Positions 1 to 12,830 are shown, numbered from the stretch's first letter. The stretch is 62,000 nt of DNA from Chiloscyllium plagiosum (GCF_004010195.1 NC_057753.1:7741304-7803303); one strand, 5' to 3'. Notes: generated by a model from the sequence alone, not told the origin. Numbers and translations: made by a program.

Positions 1-739
1 GACCCAACCTCTACTCCCGGCACCTTCCCTTGCGCCCGCAGGAGGTGCAACACTTGCGCCCATACCTCCCCCCTCACTTCTCTCCAAGGCCCCAAAGGAA
101 ACTTCCATATCCGCCACAGATTCACCTGCACCTCCACCCACATCATCTACTGCATCCGCTGCAGCCGGTGTGGCCTCCTCTATATTGGGGAGACAGGCCG
201 CCTACTTGCGGAGCGATTCAGAGAGCACCTCTGGGCCACCCGGACGAACCAACCCCACCAACCTGTGGCACAGCATTTCAACTCCCCCTCCCACTCCACC
301 GAGGATATGCAGGTCATTGGACTCATCCACCGCCAAACCACAACAACGCGACGGTCGGAGGAGGAGCGTCTTATCTTCCGACTGGGAGCCCTCCAACCAC
401 AGGGGATGAACTTGGACTTCACCAGTTTCTTCATTCCCCCCTCCCCCCACCTTGTCTCCGCCGGGTCCCTCCCGCCCGGCACCGCCTTCCTGTCCTGCAG
501 TCTTCTTCTTGTCCTCTCCGCCTCCATCCTACTCCGACCTATCACCCTCACCTTGACCTCTTTCCACCTATCACATTTCCAACTCCCCTCCTCCAAGTCC
601 CTCCTCCCTACCTTTTATCTTCTCCTGCTGAACACTCTCTGCTCATTCCTGAAGAAGGGCCTGTGCCCGAAACGTCGAATCTCCTGTTCCCTGGATGCTG
701 CCTGACCTGCTGTGCTGTTCCAGCAATAAAGTTTCAACT
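1..739 (+). mobile_element. Penelope-like element (Neptune-type) 3' end: GIY-YIG endonuclease plus 3' region with hammerhead ribozyme
   Basis: Frame 1 is open from base 1: GTFPCARRRCNTCAH (Cys-rich linker)...FTCTSTHIIYCIRCSRCGLLYIGETGRLLAERFREH...VAQHFNSPSH...RRSEEERLIFRLGALQPQGMN, the PLE GIY-YIG signature. It ends ...AATAAAGTTTCAACT at 739. Confidence 0.92.
645..680 (+). ncRNA. Minimal type I hammerhead ribozyme (PLE-associated)
   Basis: ATTC-CTGAAGA-A-GGGC(CTGT)GCCC-GAAAC-GTC/GAAT has an intact CUGANGA and GAAA core, stem I ATTC/GAAT, stem II GGGC/GCCC and a palindromic ACGT stem III. Predicted cleavage is after GUC (676). Confidence 0.85.
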
Positions 740-898
740 ATTTACGTACTTACCTAGAAGCCGGCGGCCTTTTGAGGGAACAGGCGGGATTTGAGGATGG
801 TTTGTTGCCTACCTGGTGCCAGGATCGAGGATGTTGCCGACAGAGCGCAGGGAATCCTCAAGGGTTAAGGTGAAGAGCCAGAGGTGTTGGTGCACGTC

Positions 899-1078
899 GG
901 TACAAATGACGTCGGGAAGAAGAGGAGGGACATTCTACAGCGGGAGACTCGACCATCTGATCAAACACGGCCTCGGCTCATTCCACATCACCTTTCTTAT
1001 TTATCGTTTTTGTTCTCTACTGTTTGAGACGGGTACAAATGACGTCGGGAAGAAGAGGAGCGACATTCTACAGCGGGA
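899..1078 (+). repeat. 47-bp direct repeat (899-945 and 1032-1078) flanking an 86-bp unrelated insert inside CR1 ORF1
   Basis: GGTACAAATGACGTCGGGAAGAAGAGGAG(G/C)GACATTCTACAGCGGGA occurs twice with 1 mismatch. Confidence 0.9.
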
Positions 1079-2890
1079 CTTCAGAGAACTCAGAAGAAGG
1101 CAGAATAGCAAGACTTTCAAGGTGGTTATCTCCGGTTTGCTTCCAGTTCCTTGGGCTGGAGAGGGCAGGAATACGGAGATAATGGAATTGAATGTGTGGC
1201 TGAGGAACTGATGCAGGAAGCAACGATTTAAATTCTTGGATCACTGGGGTATGTTTTGTGATAAGGATAAATTATACAAGAGGGATGGGTTATAACTTAA
1301 TGAATGGAGGACCAGCAATCTGGCAGGTAGGTTTCTCACAGCAGCACTTCTGCGTTAAAACTAAGTAGGGGGGAAGGGGACAAACTGGAAATTTAAGAAG
1401 CAATTTAAAAGGAAAGTGAGACTATGATAAGTTGAGGAAGACAACAGAACCAATGGAGCAGAAAACTCAAGAAGGGATCATACAGTATGGTCAAGAGAAA
1501 CAGGGATTGATAGGAAAGGTGAGGGGAATAACAAATTAAGAATGTTATATATGAATGCACGAAGCATAAGAAATAATGTAAATGAGCTTGAGGCTTATTT
1601 GGAACTTAACAGTTACGATGCTGTGGGAATAACTGAGACGTGGCTGCAAGTGGACTGGGCCTGAGAAATGAATATTCAAGGCTACACGTGCTATCGATAG
1701 GACAGACTGACGGGCAGAGGGGTGGGGTAGCCCTGTTGGTGAGGAATGATATTCAGTCCCTTACGAGGGGGGACATACAACAGGAGATGTGGAGTCAGTA
1801 TGGATAGAGCTGAGCAATTCCAAGTGTAGAAAGACCCCAATGAGAGTTATCTACAGGCGCCAAAACAGTAGTCTAGATGTATGGTCTAGGCTGAATAGGG
1901 AGTTGAAATTGGACGGTCGCAACGATATTACTACAGTTGTTATGGTGGATTCCAACACGCAGGGAGACTGGGAGAATCAGGATTGTGCTGGAACCCAAGA
2001 CAGGGAATTTGTGGAGTGCCTCCGAGATGGGTTCTTAGAATAGCTTGTACTGGATTCCACCAAGAAGGAAATTCTGGATCTGGAGTTGTGCAACAAACCG
2101 GATTTGATCAGGGACCTCGAAGTAAAGGAGTCATGAGGAGGTAGTGGCCATACTATGCTAAGTTTTAATCTGCAATTTGAGAGGGAGAAGGGAGAATCGG
2201 AAGTGTCGGTATTGCCGTTGGACAAATAGAATTATTTAGCTATGAGGGAGGAGATGACCAAGGTTCAATGGTTAATACCCTAGCAGGGATGGCAGTGGAA
2301 CAACAATGACAGGCATTTCTGGACATAATGCAGAAGGAGCGGAATTGGCTCATTCCAAAGAGGATGAAAAATACTAAGGGGAGGCAGGGGTTGACGAGAG
2401 AATTTCAGGACTGTATGAAGATAAAAGATAAGAAGTATAACATTGCAAAGAGGAGCGGGAAGCCGGAAGACTGAGAAACTTTTAAAGAGCAACAGAGAAC
2501 AACTATTAAGGCAATATGTAGAGACAAAATGAGGTACGAAGGCAAACTGGCCAAAAATATACAGGAGGACAGTAAAAACATTTTTAGGTTTGTGAAAAGA
2601 AAAAAAGAATGGTTAAGACTCAAATTGGACCCTTGAAGACAGAAACGCGTGAATTTATTATGGGGAACAAGGAAATGGCAGAAGAGTTGAATAGGTAATT
2701 TGGATCTGTCTTCACTGGGGGAAGACACTCGCAATCTCCCAGATGTAATAGTGGCTGCAGGACCTAAGATAATGGATGAACTGGAGGGAATTTGTATTAG
2801 ACAGGAAATAGTTTTGGGTGGACTGTTAGGTCTGAAAGCTGTTAAGTCCCCTGGAATTGGTGGTCTCCATCCTAAGGTACTTAAGGAGAT

Positions 2891-3084
2891 GGAGAAAGTG
2901 AGGTCTGCAGATGCTGGAGATCAAAGTTGAAACTTTATTGCTGGAACAGCACAGCAGGTCAGGCAGCATCCAGGGAACAGGAGATATTCATTCCTGAAGA
3001 AGGGCCTGTGCCCGAAACGTCGAATCTCCTGTTCCCTGGATGCTGCCTGACCTGCTGTGCTGTTCCAGCAATAAAGTTTCAACT
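2891..3084. mobile_element. Young PLE-derived fold-back mini-element with hammerhead, inserted in CR1 ORF2
   Basis: An inverted copy (2891-~2985) is followed by a forward copy (~2986-3084) identical to 643-739. The hammerhead is at ~2990-3025. The flanking duplication TAAGGAGAT (2882-2890 and 3085-3093) extends to 14 bp with microhomology. Confidence 0.9.
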
Positions 3085-4584
3085 TAAGGAGATGGCCCTA
3101 GAAATCGTGGACGCATTGGCAATCATTTTCCAATGTTCTATCGATTCAGGATCAGTTCCTGCGGATTGGAGGGCGGCTAATTTTATCCCACTTTTCAAAA
3201 GGAAAGGAGGGAGAAAACAGAGATTATATACCAGTTATCCTGACGTCAGTAGTGGGAAATATGCAGGACTAAATTATAAAATATGAAATTCCGACTCATT
3301 TGGATAACAGTAACAGGATAAGTCAGAGTCAGCATGTGCGCAGGAAGGGGAAATCACGCTTGACTAATCTTCTGTAATTTCTTGAGGATATAAATATGAA
3401 GTTGGACAAGGGAGAGCCAGTGGACATAGTGTACCTGGACCTTCAGAAAGCCTTTGATAAAGGCCCACATAGGAGATTAGTGAGCACAATTAGGGCACAT
3501 GGTATTGGGACCAAGGTTTTGATTTGAATTAAAACTTGGCTGACTGACGGGAAGCAAAGAGTAGTGATAAACGGGTCCCTTTCAGAATGGCAGGCAGTCA
3601 CCAGTGGTGACCATAAAGTTCGATGCTGGGACCGCAGCTGTTTACAATATACATCAGTGATATAGATGAAGGCATTAAAAATAATATTAGCAAATTGAAT
3701 AGTGAGGAGGATGTTATAAGAATACAGGGTGATTCGACTGGCTAGTTGAGTGGACAGATGCATGGCAGATGCAGTTTAATGTGAATAAATGTCTGGTTAT
3801 CCACTTTAGTGGCAAAAACAGGAAGGCAGATGACTATCTAAATGGAGTCAAGTTAGGTAAAGGGGAAGTACAATGAGATCTAGATTTTCTTGTACATCAG
3901 TCAACGAAAGCAAGCTTGCAGGCACAGCAGGCAGTGAAGAAAGTTAATGGCATGCTGTCCTTCATGGCAAGAGGAATTGAGTACAGGAGCAAAGAGGTCC
4001 TTCTGCAGCTGTACAGGGCCCTGGTGAGACCGCACCTGGAGTATTGTGTGCAGTTTTGTTCTCCAAATTTGAGGAAGGTTACTCTGGTTATTGAGGGAGT
4101 GCAGTGTAGGTTCATCAGGTCAATTCCCAGAATGGCAAGGTTATCATATGTTGAAAACAGTGGAGAGACTGGGCTTCTATACACTTGAGTTTAGAAGTAT
4201 AGAAGAGTATCTGATTGAGATGTTTCCAATTATCAATGGATTGGACACTCTAAAGGCAGGAAGCATGTTTCTGCTGATGGGTGAGTCCAGAATCAGAGGA
4301 CACAGTTTAAAGATAAGGGGTAGGCTATTTAGAATAGAGTTGAGGAGAAACGTCTTCACCCAGAGAATACTGGATACATGGAATGCTCTGCCCCAGAAGG
4401 TAGTGGAGGCCAGGTCTCTGGATACTTTCAAGAAAGAGATGGATAGAGCTCTTAGAGATAGGCGAATCAAGGGTAACAAGGATAAGTCAGGAACAGGATA
4501 CTGATTGTAGATGATCAGCATTGATCATAATGAATGCTGGCTTGAAAGGACGAATGGCCTATTTCTGTAACTATTGTCTGTTGC

Positions 4585-7500
4585 CTTTTCCCCATATAAA
4601 GTAACTGAATTACAGCAGAAAAATAAAGAAAACGTAAAGCAGTTTTATCAAAAGGTATACACAGAAAAAGAATCTGAATGGATGCCTGCATGTTATTATA
4701 TTAAGACTGATGTCTTAATTATGAAACGGAGGCTACGGCATATTCAGGAGGATGAGAAACAGGCAGAATTTCATCACATCGTATTGCCAGTGGGTTATAT
4801 AAAGAGGCGCATGAGCTACCTCTAGGAGATCATTAAGGAGTAAGAAAAACTCAAACGAACGAAGTATTTTTACTAGTCTGGACTGCACAAGGATGTAGTT
4901 GAACTTTACCAAACATGTTATACATGTCAGATAACTTCTTAGTGCCACAGGAAAAAATAAATCCCGAACCTTTAAGAACTCTTCATGCATTCCAGGAATC
5001 TTTTACATGAGTCTTAATTGCGTAAGTCACCTAGCTCAAACAAAGAGTGTAGATAAGTATTTGTAACAATAATAGATGTGTCGACCAGATTTCTGGAGGC
5101 AATTCCATTACTAAATATCACATCCGAAACGATTATAGAAGAATTACTCAAATGTTTTGCTGGATACGGGTTATCCACAGAGATACAATCATATCAAAGT
5201 TCAAAGTTCACATCACCATTACCCAAGCACGTTATGCACAGGTTAGGAAGAAAATAATTCAAATCTACTGCGTATCATCTAGAAACGCAGGGAGCGTTAG
5301 AAAGATGGCATCAGACGTTGAAGTCTATGTTGAGGGCTTATGGTCAAGAGTACCCTCATGATTGGGATAAGGGAATTCCATTTGTGCTCCTTGTGATCAG
5401 AGATGCATCAAATGAATCGAACAAATTCAATTCATTTGCATTAGTTATTGGAAATGAAGTGACAGGACTGTTGAATTTGATTAAGGATAATTTGGTTAGT
5501 CAGATGTCAGAGACTACATAGTTGGACCATGTTTCAAATTTTAGGGACTGATTGAATAGAGCTGTCGGGTTTGCTAGGCAACATTTAAAAGTGACAAAGC
5601 ATACAATTAAACAGAAAACAGATGAAAAATTAAAAACAAAATCGCAGTTTTGCTCTCTGGGATAAGGTATGTGTGTTACATCCAGTGATAGGTGAACATT
5701 TACAAACCAGCTTTACTGGATCTTATCAAGTCGGAAGGAAATTAAGTGATGTGAATTCTTGATAAAGACTCCAGCCAAAAAGAAAAACTTACAGAGTGTG
5801 TCATGTGTATATGCTCAAAAGGAATTCTGACAGTGAAGAAAAGCAAGAGGACAATGTCTGATTGATTACAGCACAGAGAAAAGAACTAAGTTCCGAGGAT
5901 TCTGAATTAGGCATTCTTAAAATTAAATTGGACAATGAGGAAGCTGTCAAAAATTGAAATCAATCATTGTATTATCTTCCAGAGAAAAATCGGAATGACC
6001 TGAAAATGCTATTACAATCACCTGGTGATACAAGTGAAAATAAGCTAGGAAGTACTAACCTAATTATACATGATTTAGGTACAGGAGATACTGTTCTGAT
6101 TAAGCAACATCCTAGGTATAACCTTCTGAAGTTGGCACTTATTCAAAAGGAGACTGAACGCATGATTTGAAATTACATAATCGAAATGAGTTACAGTCAC
6201 TGGAACTCACCCATAGTAATGGTGCAAAACCACATAGCACAGAAGGATTATGTGTGGACTATCGCAAAACTCAATGCAGTTACATAGATTGATGCACGCA
6301 CAATTCCACGTTTGGAGGACTGCGTTGAGAATGTTCCAGAAGCAACTAATATTTCTATACTGGCATGTAGCTTTGTCCGAAAAAACGAAAGCAAATTCGG
6401 CTATTGTATTTCGGATGGACAGGATCAGTTTAAAGTCATACCGCCTGGCATGAAAAAAGCGCCAGCCTCATTTCAGAGACTCACCAATAAGGTCATGCCG
6501 GATTACCCAACTGTGTCATATATATCGAGGAGCTGGTGATTTTTCGTCACACACGGGAGCAACGTTGACAGCATTTATCAGACTTTGTAATGCAGTCTTG
6601 CTGCTAAATCTGGCTAAAAGTGAATTCGCCAAGGCCCAAGACACTTTCGTGGGTGATGTTACTGGACACGGACAAATGGACACAAGGGATGCAAAATGAA
6701 AGGTGATTGCATATTTTCCCATACCATCAACAAAGTAAAACATTACTATAGTTCCTTCAATTGCGTTGAATTTATTGAAAATTTGCACCAAATTGTAGCA
6801 ATGTGGCTCCTACAGTCACTGACTTGCTAAAGAAAGGCAATCACTTTCACTGGACAGCGAACTGCCATAACGCATTTGGCAGCCTGAAAGCTGTGTTAAT
6901 CACTGCCCTGGTATTAGCCAAACCTACTTACGCAAATACATTCAAGGTGGCTATCGATGCAACTCATGTGGGTGTCGTTGTTGCGCTACTGCAAGACGAT
7001 GACGAAAAGATAAAAGAGACTGATCAGATATTTCCACAGCAGATTCAACATTCATCAGCAGAAATATACTGCGGATGCGAAGGAGACTTTGAGGTTGGTA
7101 TTGACATTACAATATTTCAGTATTTGTGTTACCAGTAATGTACCTGAGGAATCACATACACTAATCATAACCCACTGAAGTGTATGGAGTCACTTAAGGG
7201 CAAAAATAGCAGGCTGAGAAGTTTGAACTTGTTGTTACAGCCATTCACTTTGAAAATTGTACATGTGGCAGGGCGAGAAAACTTGATTGCCGATGCATTT
7301 TGGCGACTCGAATGAGAAAAGTAGGCATTCGTTGGCAGGCGTTCAACAGACTGAAATGGAATATATTTGTGGGTTATTGTCAATGTAATGTATACGTGGA
7401 TTTTAGAGTACTAACAATTAAGGTTAAAAAAGTTTTCAAATGACTCCATGTTCAGATATTCATAGTTCATTTATTTTTGAGGCGGAGCTGCTTCTTTAAC

Positions 7501-8097
7501 AACATTATGCTGTCGTTGGCTTTTTATATCAGAGAGGTCCTAAGCAACACAGACTCAAAGAAAATCTCTGGTTGAAGCTTTTTAGGAACACTTTGACCTT
7601 GGATGACAGATACTGCCTCAGTTAGAAGGCTTTTACGTTTAACAAAATCATTTGAACAATGAAAAGGGATTGCCCAGTTTTACCAGCTCAGCTTTTCTCT
7701 GGTTTGGATTGGTTTGTATCAGTAGTGTGAAAAACGCTGCTCGACCCAAAGAAGCAAATCCAGGCTGGTGCTCTCTCTCCGACTTCTATTCTGTAAGAGC
7801 CTCTGTTTGATTTCACGTTCGTGTGGAGATTTGTACAACTATTTCGAACAGCATCATTAAACTTGGATGATCTGTTGGTTATCGGAGAGGCTTAGTTATT
7901 TCGCATTCTGTTTTCTGTTGTTCGTGTTTCATTCAATAATCTTGTAAATACATTCTGTATTGTTTAAAACTAAGTGGTGTGACCAGCGGATTCTCTCCTG
8001 GAGTATCCACTTCACACCTGCTTAAGACAACGACCAAGGTTAAGGTCAAGGCTACCTTCTATAAATGTTTTCAGCGATCTGGCCTGGTCCATGGCAC
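4585..8097 (+). mobile_element. Gmr1-like (Gypsy group, INT-RT-RH order) LTR retrotransposon remnant with 3' LTR
   Basis: The integrase core (DVSTRFLEAIPL; QGALERWHQTLKSMLRAY...WDKGIPFVL, ~5070-5480) comes before RT (WNSPIVMV, LCVDYRK, FQRLTNKV, ~6050-6700) and RNase H (FKVAIDATHVGV, HVAGRENLIADA, ~6930-7310). The LTR is at ~7481-8097. Confidence 0.85.
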
Positions 8098-8142
8098 CCA
8101 CCAAGCCTTTGGCTACGATAGACTTGCTCATCCTCACTGAAC

Positions 8143-8590
8143 TATAAGACCATAAGACCATAAGATGAATTCCCCAGGCCCACCACTCTCTGGCTGAAGA
8201 AATGTCTCTGCATTTCTGTTCTGAAATGACCCCCTCTAATTCTAAGGCTGTGTCCACGGGTCCTAGTCTCCTCGTCTAACGGAAACAATTTCCTAGCATC
8301 CACCTTTTCCAAGCCATGTATTATTTTGTACGTCTCTATTAAGTCTCCCCTTAATCTTCTAAACTCCAACGAATACAGTCCCAGTATCCTCAGCCGTTCC
8401 TCATATGTTAGACCTGTCATTCCAGGGATCATCCGTGTGGAATCTCCGCTGGACACGTTCCAGTGCCAGTATGTGGGGACCAAAACTGGACACAGTACTC
8501 AAAATGGGGCCTAACCAGAGATTTATAAAGTCTTAGTAGTACATCTCTGCTTTTATATTCCAACCCTCTTGAGATAAGAGACATCACTGG
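8143..8590 (-). mobile_element. CR1 LINE 3' fragment
   Basis: The minus strand gives LTYEERLRILGLYSLEFRRLRGDLIETYKI...RGHSLRI...FFSQRVV. A (CATAAGAC)n tandem tail lies at 8143-8165. Confidence 0.9.
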
Positions 8591-8685
8591 CTGATGTCTC
8601 TAATTCGATATCATAATTTTTATCCTTTTAAACCAACTTTCCTGACTAATTGCCAATTTCAAACTCTCTCTTTTTCTCCATCATT

Positions 8686-8985
8686 ATCTATTAGATTCTC
8701 TACAGTGTGGAAACATGCCCTTCAGCCGAACAAGTCCACATGGACCCTCCAAAGGGTAACGCAGTCAGACAATTGCACCTAATGCTATGTGCAGTTTAGC
8801 ATAGCCAATTTACCTGACCTGCACATCTTTGGATTGTGGGAGGAAACTGGAGTACCCGGAGGAAACCCATGCAGACACAGGGAAAACATGCAAACTCCAC
8901 ACAGTCGTCCGAGGTTGGAATCAAATGTGGGTCTCCCGTGCTGTGAGGCAGCACTGCTAACCACTGAGCCAACGAACCACGCCGG
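8686..8985 (-). mobile_element. HE1/V-SINE-type tRNA-derived SINE (older copy)
   Basis: Reverse complement of the tRNA-like head (CAGTGGTTAGCAGTGCTGCCTCACAGC), the central TGTGGAGTTTGCATGTTTTCCCTGTGTCTGCATGGGTTTCC domain and a CR1-like tail. Confidence 0.85.
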
Positions 8986-9349
8986 CTATGGACATTCTCT
9001 ACTTTATTTTACGTTCTGATAAAGCGAATAGGTCAGAGAGTCATGGAATCCCAGAGCGTGCAGACAGGCCCTTGACGCAAACTCGTCCATGCTGAAGAAC
9101 ATGTCTGTCCGCGCTAACCCCATTTCCCTGCACTTGAACTATATCCTTCTAATCCTTTTAGTGTCCTTTTCCTTTTGTTCTGCCCAGGCGACGTTTTTCT
9201 ATTTCTTCTTATTTGTTCTCTTTCCTTTACGTTCAGTGGTAATTCTAATTGTTTCATTTCCTTTTCCATTTCTTTTACCTCTATCTCAAGCTGCTGCATT
9301 TTCAATTGTTGGAATCAGAGAAAGACCATGACGTGGAAGCAGTCCATTT

Positions 9350-9595
9350 TCTTTCCAACAAGTCCAAACCCAGACCTATCCCCCGACCCGATTTTGCTGC
9401 ATTTTTTCTGAAAGACATAGCTAATGTACACATCCCAGAAAGCTATGTGTAATTTTGCATGGTCAATTGACCTAGCAATCATATATTTGACTGTGCATGG
9501 AAACCGGACCACCCAGAAGGGACCCACATAGACACGGGGAGTATCTTCAAACTCTACACATTGATTGGAATCAAACCCCCGGCTCTGGTGCTGCT
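9350..9595 (-). mobile_element. Degenerate V-SINE fragment
   Basis: GGAAACCGGACCACCCAGAAGGGACCCACATAGACACGGGGAG resembles the SINE central domain. Confidence 0.55.
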
Positions 9596-9885
9596 GTAAC
9601 TGTTTTTCCTTTTCTTACCAATGGAGATAACTAGAACTTCAGCTTGTCTGCCGCATTACAGCTGCTTTGCGCTGTCCGTTTCTTTTGTAAAGCCCCCCAA
9701 TTCACTTCTTGCACTCCCAGGAAACTCATAGTGAAAGCTATTACTACACCAAGCACTGGTTAAACCAAGTGAATTCAGCACACAGGACAAAACACTCGAA
9801 CACATAGCACTATCTGTCTTTGAGGCCAAATACCCTAGTCCCAAACTGGGACTATTCAATAAATCTCTCCAAGAGCTCCCACTCT

Positions 9886-10480
9886 GTTATGAAACTGGCC
9901 AGACCCCCTCAGAACGTATTCAGAAAGCAGCCCAGACACTAAATGTTTATTAGTTGTTTAAGCAGATGTGAAGTGAACACTCCAGAATTGACGCAGTTGG
10001 TCACAATACTTGGCTTTAAGGAAAACATAATTTATTAAGCACTATACCTGAAACACGAAAAAAAAACGAAACAAAATTTACAATAGCTTAATTTATTTGA
10101 AAACCCAAGCAAATCCGTCGCAACTTAATGAAGATATTATATTTCCCGCCTCATCCCATAATCGCACCCCTTGACAAAAGGTAAATTCAAACACAGCTTC
10201 TTACGAACAGCAGAAAATAACTTCAGAAAGTGTTCAGAGACAAAACCAGTCGGTTGGAATCACTTTTCACTATGAATGCTTCCCTATTACAGTAATATCT
10301 TTTGATTGCCTGCTAAACATAAAAACAACCTAGAAAGAAAAGCTTGAATTAGGAGAACTGGCTACTCACCTGCCATTGTTCAAAGTAAGCATTTCCTGGC
10401 AAATTGGCACCTCCACCATTACGATTCCGAATTAAACAAAAACAAGGACAAAGTGAGCTTGCAAAACAGGACTGCATCAT
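9886..10480 (-). mobile_element. Solo LTR related to the Gmr1-like LTR
   Basis: Begins TGTTATGAAACTGGCCAGACCCCCTC, the reverse complement of the LTR 3' end. Shares blocks with 14411-15030, 38760-39341 and 7481-8097. Confidence 0.65.
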
Positions 10481-11446
10481 CCAGGTGGTTATTAACCATA
10501 AATGTTTTACTTTTAATTTCCATTGTCATTTCGTAAATCCACTCATATCGATTCTCGCCCTTCTGATTGTATTCATAACAGCTCGAAATTGCAAAGCTAA
10601 CACATCATTCTTTCCTTCCGGTTTATTCATTTAAAAAGTGACATATCTTCAGCAGGTTTCTTAAATTTTCCCAGTCTACTTGCTTTATAACAGTTAAGGA
10701 AGAATGTTCAAACTTTGCAAACGTTTTTATGATGCCCGTTCATCTTCCTAATAGGAAGCATGTGTAATGATCATGCATTTTTACTTTTAAACTTTTTTTT
10801 TCTAAACTGTGGGCCGCAATGAGACAGAACTGCCTACTCAACAATTTACAAGTATGGCTTCGTGTATTGGAATGAAAGAATTTGTTATCCTTTGTCAGCT
10901 GTGTTTCTCAATCGATGAGTACCCATAACGTGCGGACAAACAGGCAACAGCGGGACGGTGAAAGCTGATGGGTGTGCACTCGTCAAAAATTATAGAATTG
11001 TTGCCATGAAGCTGAATAATTTGAACTATAAATTAGACAGAGAGACATTCATCGGATGAGGAAAGAAACAAGCGGCCTGAAAAAGAAAAAAAAATCACGT
11101 ACTCAGTTCTCTACAGTCACCTAATTTAAACGTGTAGAAAAGCAGCTTGTCTTTCCGTCAGTTGATTTTGCACATTGTGACCTTGATCCAGTGATAAAAT
11201 TAAGTCTTGCCTATTGAAACCCAGTTGAAGTATTCAAAAAGGTTAGGTCGTGGAGAAACCTTCTGGTCAGAAAAAGCTAACACCGAAGTTCATCCAAATA
11301 AATATAACTGAACTGTATTTCTTTCATTGCGTTTCCCTCACATGTGTGCTTTTATCACTCTGTCCATGTTTGTCTGTCTATAAGAGCAAAGTACAATTTA
11401 TAAATCGTTCAGTATTTTATTTATAAAGATTACTTAATGTAGTATA

Positions 11447-11575
11447 GGAGAAAGTGAGGTCTGCAGATGCTGGAGATCAAAGTTGAAACTTTATTGCTGG
11501 AACAGCACAGCAGGTCAGGCAGCATCCAAGGAACAGGAGATTCGACGTTTCGGGCACAGGCCCTTCTTCAGGAAT
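11447..11575 (-). mobile_element. Young PLE-derived mini-element (hammerhead plus 3' tail) with TSD
   Basis: Near-identical to 645-739 plus a 34-nt tail. The hammerhead is at 11540-11575 on -. Flanked by AATGTAGTATA at 11436-11446 and 11573-11583. Confidence 0.9.
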
Positions 11576-11599
11576 GTAGTATAACCATGTACTTAGTCT

Positions 11600-12830
11600 T
11601 GTACACGTAGCTGTGCCCAAATGCACAAAATCCCAGAATCATATCGTTCCATTCTTTGAACAGGCCTCTCAAAACACCAATGCTACCTAATGTTAATTAT
11701 TTGCTTTTCCGCATACTGTCGCACAATAATTGCGTCAAATATAGATGCAATGATCTCTTAAATGTTCCAATTGAACGCGTCTCCAACAGGCAATGCATTC
11801 TAAACTGTAACTGCATGCTATACTTCTCTCATCAAACTCACTTCTGCTGCACATTAATTTAAATCCATACCCTTTCATTCTTCCTCTTTTAATGTGTAGC
11901 ATAAGCTTCTCTCAATCTACTCCACCAACCCCAAAGGAACACACTGCTGACTTTTTCAACCTATCCACATGAATGATATTTCTTATTGTTGGAAAAAGAC
12001 TTCTTTTGAATTACTTCTGAACTCTGTTGTGCATTCATACCGTTCCTGTAACGTGGCGCATATAGCTATGCACAATGTTCCAGTTGAGCTGCAACAAATG
12101 TTGTGCACAATTTCAACACAACTTCCTTGCTCTTGCACTCTGTTATTAAGTCAGAGAACATCGCATAGTTTATTAACTGCAATCCCCAACTATCCTGCCA
12201 ATTGTAATGTCCTTTTAAAACATATATAAGGCTCGTCTGTTTTTGCAAACCTCTAGAATTGTACGCCTTCTTTATACTGTCATCTACTGTTCTTCCCAAC
12301 ACAGTGCTTCATTTTGTTTTTCTTTAAATTGAAGCTTGTCTGCCTGCTGTCCATCAATTCTACGAATTTTTCAAGGTCATTTTGAAGGGACACATTTTTC
12401 TTCCCTTAGCTTTGATCTCTTCAAATTTTCATCTCAGCCAAAAATGTTGAAATTATCCTCTCAAATCATTAGTGCATAACATATATATTACAGGGCCCAA
12501 ATAAGAATCTTGTGGAATACCACTATACACCTAGCTCTACCCCAAAACATATCCATTTACCACCTCTCAGCCGAATCTGCATCGACACTTTTCATGTTAA
12601 TTTCACATGGTGCCTATAACCTTCCTCTTATGTTGCTCAAGCTAGACCCCATCTGGAAATCGATGTTCACCACATTGACTACATCACGCTCATAATCCTC
12701 TTTAAACACAAAGGGCGTTCCTTCAGAATAAACTTCCAGAACATAAGCGTAACACAGTTATTCCTCCACAACTTGGTGGGTGATTCTTCCTAATTAATCC
12801 TTACTTTTTAAATGTGGCTAATAATTCTTG
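11600..12830 (-). mobile_element. Highly degenerate CR1 LINE fragment
   Basis: The minus-strand remnant ECKSKEVVLKLCTTFVAAQLEHCA resembles the CR1 motif EYKSKEVLLQLYRALVRPHLEYC. Confidence 0.6.

Larger units (their letters stand above)
760..4577 (+). mobile_element. CR1-clade LINE, near full length, degenerate (ORF1 SGNH esterase remnant plus ORF2 APE-RT)
   Basis: ORF1 motifs MVCCLPGAR, VHVGTND and VVISGLLPVP (~790-1360). APE start YMNARSIRN..VGITETWL (~1545). RT/C-terminal motifs YLDLQKAFDKGPH, LYRALVRPHLEYCVQF, RGHSLKI and FTQRILDTWNALP. Many stops and frameshifts. Confidence 0.93.

Noticed and set aside
30..794. 254-aa proline-rich ORF
   Set aside because: An alternative frame of the C-rich Penelope endonuclease region.
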